Shown: positions 1-9,131 of the stretch, in pieces
Numbering within the stretch: position 1 is the stretch's first letter
Layout of the letters: every line of letters begins with the position of its first letter
Origin: a virus
Taxonomy: Duplodnaviria; Caudoviricetes
Virus record (IMG/VR): IMGVR_UViG_3300037484_000669
Span: 1 to 40,240 of that record
DNA length: 40,240 nucleotides
Strand: one strand, 5' to 3'
Made by a program: the position numbers and the translations under genes
The notes under the pieces: model-generated
The model's database searches: none
What the model was told of the DNA's origin: nothing
The model's input: the letters and a program-made list of their open reading frames with translations, nothing else

Positions 1-1120
1 AGATGCCCTTGAGCGATAGCCGTCGGCCCTGAACGCTAACGGTGCCCATTGGGACCTGATACGACATGACTATGCCGTCCGTGTTGACAGCTAGTGTCGC
101 GGTTTCCCAAAACTGCCCACCCAATCCCACGGCCAGATTCGCTGCTGTGTTCGACGGGACAGCTGCCGAAGGGTTCGCGCTATTCGCGTAGTTGGCGAGT
201 GAGCCAATGGTTCCGCCGCTCAGCCCCTGGTACGCGCCGTAGATTCGGTTTCCAACAACCGCTAGCGTGTCCGCGGGAATCGCGCCGCCCTGGCTAACCG
301 TGTAGTTGTTGAGCGTGAAACTAAGAGCTCCGCCAGCGGCACCACCGGCGATGGCGTGAGTAACACTCAGCGCCAGAGCAGCCGCCATACACGGCTGGCC
401 CTGACCGTTTGGGGTTCCGATGATCCCAACGGGTATTCCGTCGATCCAAAACGAAACCTCACGTTGAGTTATTTGAATAATGAACTGGTATTTTTTACCA
501 ATAACGTACGCTGAGGTTCCGTCGATCCCCGTGAAATCAACCGGACCAACCATCGTTTCCGTGCCGTTGTATGACGCAACGCCGAACAGTCCAGCCGAGG
601 TGAGTCGGAACGCGAAACCATCGACAATCGTCCACGGTACGGCGCCCGCCGGAATGACCGCGGATATTGCGATCGTTGTGTTGGTGACCGGCTGCGCGCT
701 AAAACTACCCTCGAACTCAAAATACAGCGTTGTAGCTCCATGCACCGGGAACATGGCGTACGTGCGGAGCTGCACGCCGGTTGTAGTCGTGGTGATGTTC
801 GTCGAATTCGTGACGAAGCCACCCGTTGTGAACGCGGGGACCATCGTCGTCGCGATCATGTTGTGTTTTTTGAAGTTCTGCCCAGACGAATAGTTGAATG
901 TCTCTTCGTCGAGCAATGACTCGCCGGCAACGCGCGTCTTGAAATCCGGGTCGATGTCACAAGTTCTTGTGATCTGAGCTCCGGAAACCTCGCCGCTATC
1001 AATGAGCGCCATCATGACCGCGGCGCCGGTAAGGGTTGCTTCGATCGGGAGGCGAACAGGTAGCGGTGCCGCGTTGGAAACCTCGGTCGTGTTAGCGATT
1101 AGTTTTACATCGAGTGACAT
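1..1120 (-). CDS. Virion/tail-associated protein, beta-rich (possible lectin/ConA-like); 3' end runs off the window
   Basis: Absent from the ORF track because it has no stop in the window. ATG at 1120 gives MSLDVKLIANTTEVSNAAPLPVRLP..., open to the window edge; includes YQFIIQITQREVSFWIDG, a LamG/ConA-like strand pattern; lies at the distal end of the tail operon. Confidence 0.65.
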   Translation of the reverse strand, partial: MSLDVKLIANTTEVSNAAPLPVRLPIEATLTGAAVMMALIDSGEVSGAQITRTCDIDPDFKTRVAGESLLDEETFNYSSGQNFKKHNMIATTMVPAFTTGGFVTNSTNITTTTTGVQLRTYAMFPVHGATTLYFEFEGSFSAQPVTNTTIAISAVIPAGAVPWTIVDGFAFRLTSAGLFGVASYNGTETMVGPVDFTGIDGTSAYVIGKKYQFIIQITQREVSFWIDGIPVGIIGTPNGQGQPCMAAALALSVTHAIAGGAAGGALSFTLNNYTVSQGGAIPADTLAVVGNRIYGAYQGLSGGTIGSLANYANSANPSAAVPSNTAANLAVGLGGQFWETATLAVNTDGIVMSYQVPMGTVSVQGRRLSLKGI

Positions 1121-1138
1121 GCTTTGAAGTCTCCGGGG

Positions 1139-1435
1139 TCAGTCTGCCCACGTGAATCGAATGCGATATTTGCCGGTCATCTTTTCGAGAGACCGAAGAT
1201 AGATTGTGAATCCGACGCCAGCTGAACAGGCGCTGCACGTCGCAGCGCAGAGCACATTTGCCCAGCAATGGTCCTCGACCGTTCGCTGACCGGTTCCGGT
1301 GGTTGAGTCGGCCATAAAAAAGGCTTCTGCGTACGAATCGCCAGTGATTGCGGTCTGCCCGGTAACGGCGACATCCAGCGAGTTTGTGCCGGGTTCCGCC
1401 CCGAAGTCACACTCGATATAACCGATTGCGCTCAC
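1139..1435 (-). CDS. Small tail-associated hypothetical protein
   Basis: Track ORF 1139..1456; likely GTG start at 1435 overlapping the upstream stop (GTGA). The ending GFTIYLRSLEKMTGKYRIRFTW is typical of small fibre-associated beta proteins. Confidence 0.6.
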   Translation of the reverse strand: MSAIGYIECDFGAEPGTNSLDVAVTGQTAITGDSYAEAFFMADSTTGTGQRTVEDHCWANVLCAATCSACSAGVGFTIYLRSLEKMTGKYRIRFTWAD

Positions 1436-1527
1436 GGTAGCCTCGCGGACATACACGGGTCCACCTCGATTGCGCCAGCGGCGGTTTGCGTAACGCCGTC
1501 AATCTTCAAACTGTGTCGTTCGGACAT
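1432..1527 (-). CDS. Putative 31-aa peptide (MSERHSLKIDGVTQTAAGAIEVDPCMSARLP)
   Basis: Read manually; its stop overlaps the next start (GTGA), suggesting translational coupling; below the ORF-track cutoff. Confidence 0.3.
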   Translation of the reverse strand: MSERHSLKIDGVTQTAAGAIEVDPCMSARLP

Positions 1528-1585
1528 GAGTCATCGACCACTTTCCAAGAAGGGAGGTGAGTTTGCTTTCGATTGCGGTCTTGGT

Positions 1586-2677
1586 TTAGACGAGTGATTC
1601 GTAGGTGTTTATGATGCGCGCTTTGATTTTGGACACGTAGAGTAAACGCGCCGTCGTGCCGACACTTTTGGTGATTCTCGCTATCATCCCCATTGAGGCA
1701 CTAACTGTCGGAATGGTTGTTGTATTCGAACCAACTAAAACGCCGTTGATGTACGCGCTAACTACTGTGCCGGCCTCGTTTACAACGAGTGCAATTCGAT
1801 AGACGGTGGTCGCCGCGAACGTGACACCTGTTGACGTAGAGGTTGTGGACGACGATGCCTTGGTATCTAGTGTCCACATCCCGGACGCGACACTGTGTGT
1901 GTATCTCAGTAACACACTGTCGGATTCGGAACTATTCGTCAATCCAACAATCACCGTATACGCGTCACTAGCGCTGCTGAGCGAAGCCGTTTTTATTGCA
2001 AACGCCACGACGACGTCTCCATGTCCGAGTCTGAATTGCCGATATGCTGTTTGCGTCAGTGCCGCGTAACCAATCGACGTTGTTCCAGTGCTCAACTGTG
2101 CGCACCCGTTGAACGTATTGATGCTTGCCTGAGTTACCGCGGCCCCTGTGCCAGACACTTCTGCGACAAAGCCGGTGTGAAGAGCGGCCACGTCCGCGAG
2201 GTCCTCGTCATAGACCATTTCGTCGAGACGGAAATCCAGAACGCGCACCGTGTCCAGAACTCGCAGCGTGTCCTGAATCGACCTCGCTTGACCGCCAAAC
2301 TGTTCTTCTTCGCGATCTGCGATGTCACGCAATCCACTCGGTGAATAGACCTCAACGCCGGTTGTGCTGTCGAGTTGGCCCGTCGCGTCGAGGTCACTCA
2401 CCCCGTTGAATCGTAATCGTGGGATGTATTTGCCCCACACCAAAACGGTGATAGCAGGAGGGGTGTTGCCCGTGTACGTGTAAACGCCGCTCTCGTCGGT
2501 CCACCCAACTGGACACGCGTAGCTAGGCGGGTACGAGTAGAGCTCGTATTTGCACGTCCTGACCCCGTCGGCGGCGGCTCGCGAAAACTGGATCGATTGT
2601 CCAATCGTCGCGATAACATGACCGCGCGTCGCCGAACCACCGGCAACGGAAGCGTAAAGAATTGCGATGTCCGACAT
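1586..2677 (-). CDS. Tail fibre/receptor-binding-like protein with C-terminal ConA/LamG-like domain
   Basis: 363 aa, Thr/Ser-rich; C-terminal YRIALVVNEAGTVVSAYINGVLVG resembles LamG-type strands; located after the baseplate and fibre genes. Confidence 0.6.
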   Translation of the reverse strand: MSDIAILYASVAGGSATRGHVIATIGQSIQFSRAAADGVRTCKYELYSYPPSYACPVGWTDESGVYTYTGNTPPAITVLVWGKYIPRLRFNGVSDLDATGQLDSTTGVEVYSPSGLRDIADREEEQFGGQARSIQDTLRVLDTVRVLDFRLDEMVYDEDLADVAALHTGFVAEVSGTGAAVTQASINTFNGCAQLSTGTTSIGYAALTQTAYRQFRLGHGDVVVAFAIKTASLSSASDAYTVIVGLTNSSESDSVLLRYTHSVASGMWTLDTKASSSTTSTSTGVTFAATTVYRIALVVNEAGTVVSAYINGVLVGSNTTTIPTVSASMGMIARITKSVGTTARLLYVSKIKARIINTYESLV

Positions 2678-2787
2678 GATGTTACGCTCACAACTTCAAC
2701 GATTACGAGTCGTTGAAAACTAAATGACACAGAGTCCATTGCGCTAGCCCGGCGGCGATGCACCTTGGGCGGCTAGGAGGACGTGAG

Positions 2788-2964
2788 ATGGAGCAAATCG
2801 AGAAAGCGCGTAAGCCGTGGCACAAGGTCGAGATGACGGGGCCTGCGGTGATTGGACTGTTGGTTATTTTCGGCGGCTTCTTCGTCGCTGGACCAATGTC
2901 GATACCACTAGGTGTAATTACGATGGGACTATTGGCGTGGTACCGAATCGCGACGCGTGACTAG
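2788..2964 (+). CDS. Small membrane protein (2 TM), first gene of inverted cassette
   Basis: GGAGG RBS ahead of ATG 2788; hydrophobic hairpin AVIGLLVIFGGFFVAGPMSIPLGVITMGLLAWY. Confidence 0.65.
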   Translation: MEQIEKARKPWHKVEMTGPAVIGLLVIFGGFFVAGPMSIPLGVITMGLLAWYRIATRD

Positions 2965-2973
2965 GAACACACG

Positions 2974-3186
2974 ATGTGCACAATACAATCATTGAGGACG
3001 CTTGGCGCGGTGTTGCTATTGGCCTCGGCCTGCAACAGGGCAGCAACGTACAGCGAGGATACTGGGGATGGCGTTGGCGGTACCGAGAACGGTGGCTATT
3101 CGACCCGCGAAATCAGCAATGGGGCGTCGAGCGCGAATGGTGGCCAGAGCAATACTGGGTCCGATACTGACGGAGCCGACCGATAA
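2974..3186 (+). CDS. Small putative lipoprotein with Gly/Ser/Thr-rich tail
   Basis: Signal-like RTLGAVLLLASA-C (lipobox-like LASAC); stop overlaps the next ATG (TAATG). Confidence 0.55.
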   Translation: MCTIQSLRTLGAVLLLASACNRAATYSEDTGDGVGGTENGGYSTREISNGASSANGGQSNTGSDTDGADR

Positions 3187-3443
3187 TGGGAGCGCTCACA
3201 ATTATCGTTATCGGGTGCTCGTTGTTTGGCGCTATGATCGGAGTTTCCGCGGCGCAGCGTCGCGGGTTCTCGACGGTCAACGGATTCGTTGGCGGTCTAG
3301 TTCTCGGGCTGCTGTCACCGCTGATGTACTTCGTTTCTGCTGAAAAACGCCGCTGCGATCACTGTATGGAATGGATCCATAAATCAGCAACCGTGTGCCC
3401 TCGATGCCAACGAACCATTGAACTGATTGGAGGTACCAAGTGA
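3186..3443 (+). CDS. Membrane protein with C-terminal zinc ribbon
   Basis: Two hydrophobic segments, then CDHC-x10-CPRC; coupled to both neighbours. Confidence 0.7.
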   Translation: MGALTIIVIGCSLFGAMIGVSAAQRRGFSTVNGFVGGLVLGLLSPLMYFVSAEKRRCDHCMEWIHKSATVCPRCQRTIELIGGTK

Positions 3444-3928
3444 GCCGTTATCTACTAGCTGTCTTGGTCGTGTGCGCCTGCGAAGGGGGCGACGTTGTGT
3501 ACGCCGGCGGGGGCGAGGGCGGCTCCGGTGGACTCGCGGCCGCCGCGCAATCCAGCGGCTCGGCAAAGGCGGCGAGCTCCGACCCGCTTTGCATCCCCGG
3601 CGCCTCCGTCGAGTGCGCTTGCCCCGGTGGGACCAAGGGCGCTCAGACTTGTGCAAAAGACGGGCGGTCATTTAGCACGTGCGCTTGCGAACCGGTTGTC
3701 GTGACGGAGACGGTGGAGGTGCCGGTTGCACCGGCGGGGTATAGTGGGGAGTGTGTGATTATTACCAAATTCCCGGCTAATACATTGACCGCCGATAACC
3801 CGGCGTGCACATCGGGACAGGTGCTACGCGTGAATTGTCCGACTAAACCGAACGATGAATGCGCCGAGGTATGGGCGCCGAACTCCATTCTCATCGGTAT
3901 GCCAGGTGCGTTTTGCTGCTCGCGTTGA
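3440..3928 (+). CDS. Cys-rich putative lipoprotein, myxobacterial type
   Basis: MSRYLLAVLVVCAC signal/lipobox-like start, Gly-rich linker, then CIPGASVECACPGGTKGAQTCAKDGRSFSTCAC; GGAGG RBS and GTGA overlap. Confidence 0.7.
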   Translation: MSRYLLAVLVVCACEGGDVVYAGGGEGGSGGLAAAAQSSGSAKAASSDPLCIPGASVECACPGGTKGAQTCAKDGRSFSTCACEPVVVTETVEVPVAPAGYSGECVIITKFPANTLTADNPACTSGQVLRVNCPTKPNDECAEVWAPNSILIGMPGAFCCSR

Positions 3929-3934
3929 AACTGT

Positions 3935-4798
3935 TTAGTAATTGATTCCCTGCCATAGCGTGCCATCGAAAACAACAAGCAGATTTCTAACGGAAGCGGT
4001 AACGGAACCCGGGGTTCCACCGTTTACATTGACCAATACGCCGAACGCGCCCTGGCTATGCACGTGAAACTCGGTACCTTTACGCGGGTTCGCCACGGTA
4101 ACGTTTAGCGCTCGCGCGGCTGTAACAGTCGTATAAAAAAACCGATACCTATACGTCGACGCGTGGTCACCGTCTGGAACGAAGGTGGTGCTTCCGATAA
4201 ACCTGCCGTTATTGAAAACTAGGTCGCCTTCGAGCGATATCGTATCGCCCGTGGTGCCTGCGCTCAGTCCAAGAGCGGTGTTCCGCAGTGTCACTCCGGA
4301 GTTGAAGTCCGTGGTCGAGTTGACGGTACACCTGTCCGCTGAAGTCTCACCGATAGTGGCGTCGTTCTTGACGAGCAACGTCGAGTTGACGGTACACGTG
4401 TCGGTTCCATTTACACCGATCGTCGAGTCGTTGAGTACGATGAGATTAGCGTACACATAGCAAAGATTGGATCCAGTTGTCCCGATCGCACAGTTCCCGG
4501 AAACCAAAGCGCTACCCATAGTAGCGCTACCAGATACAGTTAGACTGGCTAGCGTGGCTGTCCCGGTCGTGGTCAGAGGACCACTGCACACTAAACTACC
4601 AACACAACTAAGCGTTGAAGAGGTGGCAATCTGGAGGCCTGCGCCACCAAGAATAATGGGTGTCGTCGGGTTCCATGCGCCGCCTCCGTCACCATTGACA
4701 GCAGCCGCTTGATTAGCGTCGAACTGCTCGAGTTCACTCGGCCAAAGTACACCGATAACCCATAAACCAATTTCTCTGATACGCGTAAAGTGCGACAT
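3935..4798 (-). CDS. Tail fibre protein
   Basis: 287 aa with beta-helix-like repeats (NDSTIG..DTCTVNST / NDATIG..DRCTVNST); directly follows the baseplate wedge genes. Confidence 0.65.
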   Translation of the reverse strand: MSHFTRIREIGLWVIGVLWPSELEQFDANQAAAVNGDGGGAWNPTTPIILGGAGLQIATSSTLSCVGSLVCSGPLTTTGTATLASLTVSGSATMGSALVSGNCAIGTTGSNLCYVYANLIVLNDSTIGVNGTDTCTVNSTLLVKNDATIGETSADRCTVNSTTDFNSGVTLRNTALGLSAGTTGDTISLEGDLVFNNGRFIGSTTFVPDGDHASTYRYRFFYTTVTAARALNVTVANPRKGTEFHVHSQGAFGVLVNVNGGTPGSVTASVRNLLVVFDGTLWQGINY

Positions 4799-5784
4799 TA
4801 GTACGTAACCTGCTCAATCGGTGTTTGGCCGAGAATTGACGTGAAAAGGTTGAATGGGCCAGCTGTGCCAGCGCCGGAACTAGACACGAGAGCCCATTGA
4901 GATGCGTGCGTGAGCGCTTTCGCGAGAAATCTGTTAGCTCGCAGTTTTAGATTCGTGCTGGCCAAAACAGCGTCGGTAACAACCACGAACACGAAGCGCC
5001 TCCCGGATATCCAAATCGGAGTAGCTGCCGTTGTGCAGATGTCCCCGGCTTCGTGTGACTTCAGAAACACGGCCGAGAAAGTGGCGCCCACGTAAGGCGG
5101 GTTGCCTTCCGGCTGCAATGTGACGTCGGAGACTGCTGTCACGGTAAAGGTTTCGGTTCTTCCGATCCCACCGGGATTGATCGTCACTGTTTCACCCACG
5201 GCCAACGGATCGCGGTCTCCGGTTACGTACTCGTAACCAACCGTGCCGTCCATGGTGTGACCGATAAGTCTCACGACCTTGTACGGTTCACCGAGTGCCT
5301 TGAATGCGCCAACGTTCAGCGTTTGCGGTGATGCGGACGGCGGGTAGACTCCACCGTCTGCGAACTCGTCCATGTCGCGCATGGTAACGCCAAGTAGTCC
5401 ATCGCCTAGGATCGCGCGTAACCCATCAGTTAGCGCGTCGATTCTGGCGCCGCCACGGATTGCCCTGGCCGCAACAAGCTCCCCTTGGCGCTCGGCCACA
5501 GTAGCGCCGGGATCGGGGATGAGCTTGTAATCCGCCTCGCGCTTCGAAAGCAACGAAGTGCAGTGTCTCGGATTGGCCTGGTTAGCTGCGCGTTCGAGCT
5601 GTTCGCGCGCAATGGCCAGACACTTTGCTTGTGCAAACGTCTCGACGTTTACCGCAGCCGTCGGATCGTCAGTAAACAGGCTGCCCCATTGCTCGCGAAG
5701 CGTTTCGTAGATGACTTGTGCGTGCGGTTTTCTTCGCGTGAAACGTATCCCGCTAGGCGCGAAACATGAGAATTGGGAGGCCAT
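4798..5784 (-). CDS. Baseplate wedge protein (Mu gp48/YmfQ-like)
   Basis: ANPRHCTSLLSKREADYKLIPDPGATVAERQGELVA...GGA matches the P..A.ELL..WE....L......T..ER...L......GG pattern; sits after the J-like gene. Confidence 0.7.
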   Translation of the reverse strand: MASQFSCFAPSGIRFTRRKPHAQVIYETLREQWGSLFTDDPTAAVNVETFAQAKCLAIAREQLERAANQANPRHCTSLLSKREADYKLIPDPGATVAERQGELVAARAIRGGARIDALTDGLRAILGDGLLGVTMRDMDEFADGGVYPPSASPQTLNVGAFKALGEPYKVVRLIGHTMDGTVGYEYVTGDRDPLAVGETVTINPGGIGRTETFTVTAVSDVTLQPEGNPPYVGATFSAVFLKSHEAGDICTTAATPIWISGRRFVFVVVTDAVLASTNLKLRANRFLAKALTHASQWALVSSSGAGTAGPFNLFTSILGQTPIEQVTY

Positions 5785-6344
5785 TATCCGGTGAACGACC
5801 CTTCGCCGTCGATGTCAACACGTACCCGAAACGCGGAATCGGGAACCCCGGTATTCGCCACTGCCGCGCAGACGTAGAACCCGGCATAGGTCGCGTCGAC
5901 GTATTGAGACACGGTATAGGTTTTGTTCGAAGGTAGGACGCTTGATATTCCGGTGATTGACGGACCAACATTCCCGACTGGCAGTTTACCCTTGAGCCAC
6001 TTCACGTGGATTTCTGCGCAAGAGTCGAAGTAGTAAGCGACGATAAGATCATCGATTGTTAGCGTTTCATTGCAAGCGATGAAGCCATTTAGCGTGACAA
6101 CCGTGCTGGCTAGGCTCAAATCGAACGACGCCTTCGGTATCATCCGGCAAGCGCGCACGAGCAGCTTCTGCATCTGATTGACATCATCAGCCATGCAGTC
6201 CTGCTCTGGCACGGGACCGCCCTCTGCGTCGTCGTCGATGTACGCAGCGCCACCCATGTCATGGACTCCTGGTAGGTACGGCGCGATGCCGTTCGCTGGA
6301 TCGCCGTCGAGTGTGCAATACTTCGGAGTTTGCTGCGTGCTCAT
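5784..6344 (-). CDS. Hypothetical baseplate-region protein
   Basis: 186-aa ORF coupled to both neighbours. Confidence 0.6.
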   Translation of the reverse strand: MSTQQTPKYCTLDGDPANGIAPYLPGVHDMGGAAYIDDDAEGGPVPEQDCMADDVNQMQKLLVRACRMIPKASFDLSLASTVVTLNGFIACNETLTIDDLIVAYYFDSCAEIHVKWLKGKLPVGNVGPSITGISSVLPSNKTYTVSQYVDATYAGFYVCAAVANTGVPDSAFRVRVDIDGEGSFTG

Positions 6345-7828
6345 AAGGGGAATACCGCAAGGTCTGTGAGGGTTGGCAGGTTCGCCACGGCGATACTTCC
6401 AACGGTCGCTATGTAGTCGAAGCCGTCTTCATGTGTCGCGCGTTTGATTTGCGTCAGATCTGTGATTGCGCCGAGCAGGTGGCTATCCATTTGCGCTGGC
6501 CATTGGCCTGGCTCGTCAGCTGGTGAGCGGGCTCCGCGAACACCATCTTCTGGTAGCGTCGCGTTTATCTCGCCGGGCCCCATCGAGTTCACGTATGCGA
6601 TAGCAACATCGGCGATTGTTTGCAGTGAGTCCGACCACGGCATTACCCATTGATCCGCAAGTGGAACATACGACACGTCGGACGCTTCGGCCTTGGTTTC
6701 GCAGGTTATCGACCACGGACCAGTTCCGGAAACTGCACTGATAGTTTTTCGTACAACCTTACCGGTTGACGCGTTGAACAATCCTATCGATTGACCAGCG
6801 ATGGGGGCGGCGACACCGACACCGGACGTGGCAATCGAGAACGATACAGCAGTGCCACCGCCGACGGCTTTACAGCGTGTGCTAGCAGTTAGATATGGTG
6901 GCCATTGAACCGTATCCGCCCACCCGTTGACGTGCCATTTCACACGGAATGAAAGCTTGAGCGAATCGCTAACCAACGGCACCTTGAAAAGGCCATCGGT
7001 GTACGGCAGATATTGCGTAACGTAAGCCGCTACGACGTCGAGCTGCGAAGGGCTTGGCAGCCTGGAAGAATTCGCGGCGCTCCCTCGAAGCGTAAACGTG
7101 AACGCGTTCGTCGCTGGACCTCTTGCGCATGGCCACGTGAACGAGCGTTCGACAGCGATGCCGTGTGCTCGTGCATCACGGATGAGCTTGTGAAGGTAGG
7201 CGTCATTTGCCGAAGCCGCCGGGTTCGCTTGCGCGTCCGCCAACAGCTCTCGGTAGTCGTCATCTCCCATGGCCTCGCTTCCGCCGATGAGACCTGCTCC
7301 GTTTTGCTCCAGCACAACAGCCACCGCGAAGCACCCCGGCCTGGGATTTGACCACGTTAGCTTTGCGCCAACTGGTAGATTTGTCCCCGGACCAGTCTCT
7401 TTGCAGATGATCGAAACCGAGTCGCCGTCGTAATAACGCTTCGTGTTTTGACAACGATAGGCGACGCCAGCTTCGGATGTGAGTTCGTCGCCGGCCTCAA
7501 TGATTGAGCCGCTGAGCGTTGTGTTCGCGGCTACGGTTCCGGATGAGCCGATTGCGTCAGGTCGCGGGACTCCTAGGCCACCTTCGGAAACTGGTCGTCC
7601 AGCGTCATCGAGCTGGGAACCGGTCATGTCCTGTAGGGAGATCTTACCGGCGACGCGTTGCGCGTAGTTCGACAGGACCACGAGCATGCTGCTCGCTAGG
7701 TTTTTCGCCTGAACGTTGTAATACTCGTTCGGTCCTGTTTTCGCGTTTGGATTGCGCATGCGCGCAAAGCGGCAGTAATCCGATTCCCAAACATCGGCCG
7801 ACTTTACCGGGAAATCACCGTTTGCCAT
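6341..7828 (-). CDS. Baseplate J-like protein (Mu gp47/P2 gpJ)
   Basis: TGSQLD...GVPR..A..SSG, CKETGPGTNLPVG, GGSEAMGDDDYRELL, FTWPCARGPAT motifs. Confidence 0.85.
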   Translation of the reverse strand: MANGDFPVKSADVWESDYCRFARMRNPNAKTGPNEYYNVQAKNLASSMLVVLSNYAQRVAGKISLQDMTGSQLDDAGRPVSEGGLGVPRPDAIGSSGTVAANTTLSGSIIEAGDELTSEAGVAYRCQNTKRYYDGDSVSIICKETGPGTNLPVGAKLTWSNPRPGCFAVAVVLEQNGAGLIGGSEAMGDDDYRELLADAQANPAASANDAYLHKLIRDARAHGIAVERSFTWPCARGPATNAFTFTLRGSAANSSRLPSPSQLDVVAAYVTQYLPYTDGLFKVPLVSDSLKLSFRVKWHVNGWADTVQWPPYLTASTRCKAVGGGTAVSFSIATSGVGVAAPIAGQSIGLFNASTGKVVRKTISAVSGTGPWSITCETKAEASDVSYVPLADQWVMPWSDSLQTIADVAIAYVNSMGPGEINATLPEDGVRGARSPADEPGQWPAQMDSHLLGAITDLTQIKRATHEDGFDYIATVGSIAVANLPTLTDLAVFPL

Positions 7829-8286
7829 TATTGCCTATTGGTCGCAACTTCTTCGCGAGCGGTGATGTTGTTTCGGTAATTGAGAGTCACGAGAAGAGTG
7901 CCATTCACCGGTCGAAACTCGACGTCGATGCGCAAGATCTCGATTGAACCATCAGTGAGGTAACGAGCGATTGGGTTCGCTGCTTTGACGATGTTCTCAA
8001 CCTCGGCTTGGAGCCGTTGCGTACCGAGCTCGTTGCATTGAAGAAGCGTGTTGCCAGTTGTCGGAGAAAGAGGCAGCTCGCCCTTTTGGGCGAACATTGC
8101 CAACTGGACTCCGTTATCAATCGGGTGGATCGAAACGTGTCTACCATCCTCGTCGGTCTGCCAGTCCTGGGCCGAGCCGTCGTAGTTCGGTGCAGCCGGT
8201 AGAAACGCGCCACGTGGACCACTGGCGACGGATGGGTCTCGCCCGAATGGCGTGGAGCCGAATGGGTATGAACCGAAGCCGGGCAT
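7828..8286 (-). CDS. Baseplate wedge/sheath initiator (gp25/gpW/Mu gp46-like)
   Basis: QKGELPLSPTTG (xGxxPxxPxxG) motif, size 152 aa, position immediately before J. Confidence 0.7.
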   Translation of the reverse strand: MPGFGSYPFGSTPFGRDPSVASGPRGAFLPAAPNYDGSAQDWQTDEDGRHVSIHPIDNGVQLAMFAQKGELPLSPTTGNTLLQCNELGTQRLQAEVENIVKAANPIARYLTDGSIEILRIDVEFRPVNGTLLVTLNYRNNITAREEVATNRQ

Positions 8287-9131
8287 CAGAACAGCCAGCC
8301 CTGAAGTGGTGTGCCTTTGAAGTACGATTCCATCTGATTGCGCCAGTGCGTGAAGTCCTTGGCGGTATGAGCGAAAGCCATACCGATACCGATCACACGG
8401 TTCAGCACCTTCTTACCCTCAGCGTCTAGGTGTTGCGTGTCACGGTGCGTCCAGGTCGGCTTAGGGTTGACATCACGAAGCTTCAGGCGCCCTCGCTCGC
8501 CCCATCTGCACGTGACGCAGATGTTTGCGACAAGTGGCCCCCATGCCGGCGGGATGCCTTCACCGTAGTAGTCACAGTGAGTGGTACCGGGAAGCCTCGC
8601 GAGTGCCACTAGAAGCGGCTTGTACACCGGATCAATGTCGTCTAGCTCTGACTTGATCATCGCCATCAGGCGATCTTGAAGGTCGGTGTTGCCGCGCTTC
8701 TTCTGATAGCCCGTAGCTTCGTCGACAAGGGCGACAATGCCGATCTCGGCAAACTGCGCGAGCATCGTAACGGCGCGTTGAGCTACCTGGATTTGGTTCG
8801 CTCGAAGTGCACCGGCGCCCCACGCCACGGCGTAGAGTTTGAGCATCTTGGCGACGGTCTCGGCTTCTATGCCGTGGGCGGTCGCGTTGGTCGGTAGCTG
8901 AAACTCAACGTTCTCCGTGCTTGATAACAGAACGGAACCATTGGGCAAATGCTCTATATACCGAGCGATGTTGGCGTCTTCTCCTTTGACGGTTCCGCTC
9001 AAAGCCGAAACCATCGACCTCTTGGTGATGACCCGTTTCCCATTGTCCAGGACGTAACAGGACACACCTTCGAAGATCGAACCCTCACGCGTAATTGCCT
9101 TGGGTCGAACCGTGTTGCTTTGCTTTTTCAT
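8286..9131 (-). CDS. P63C-domain protein (antirepressor-associated family)
   Basis: CYVLDNGKRVIT at the N-terminus and the signature GIVALVDEATGYQ; GGAG RBS supports ATG 9131. Confidence 0.85.
   Translation of the reverse strand: MKKQSNTVRPKAITREGSIFEGVSCYVLDNGKRVITKRSMVSALSGTVKGEDANIARYIEHLPNGSVLLSSTENVEFQLPTNATAHGIEAETVAKMLKLYAVAWGAGALRANQIQVAQRAVTMLAQFAEIGIVALVDEATGYQKKRGNTDLQDRLMAMIKSELDDIDPVYKPLLVALARLPGTTHCDYYGEGIPPAWGPLVANICVTCRWGERGRLKLRDVNPKPTWTHRDTQHLDAEGKKVLNRVIGIGMAFAHTAKDFTHWRNQMESYFKGTPLQGWLF

Noticed and set aside
94-2409. Plus-strand ORFs (e.g. 480..893), and similar ones throughout the window
   Set aside because: Antisense shadows of well-supported minus-strand genes, without RBS or motifs.
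2788-3443. Holin/spanin lysis cassette
   Set aside because: Opposite strand to the late operon, no endolysin, and no nested i-/o-spanin arrangement.
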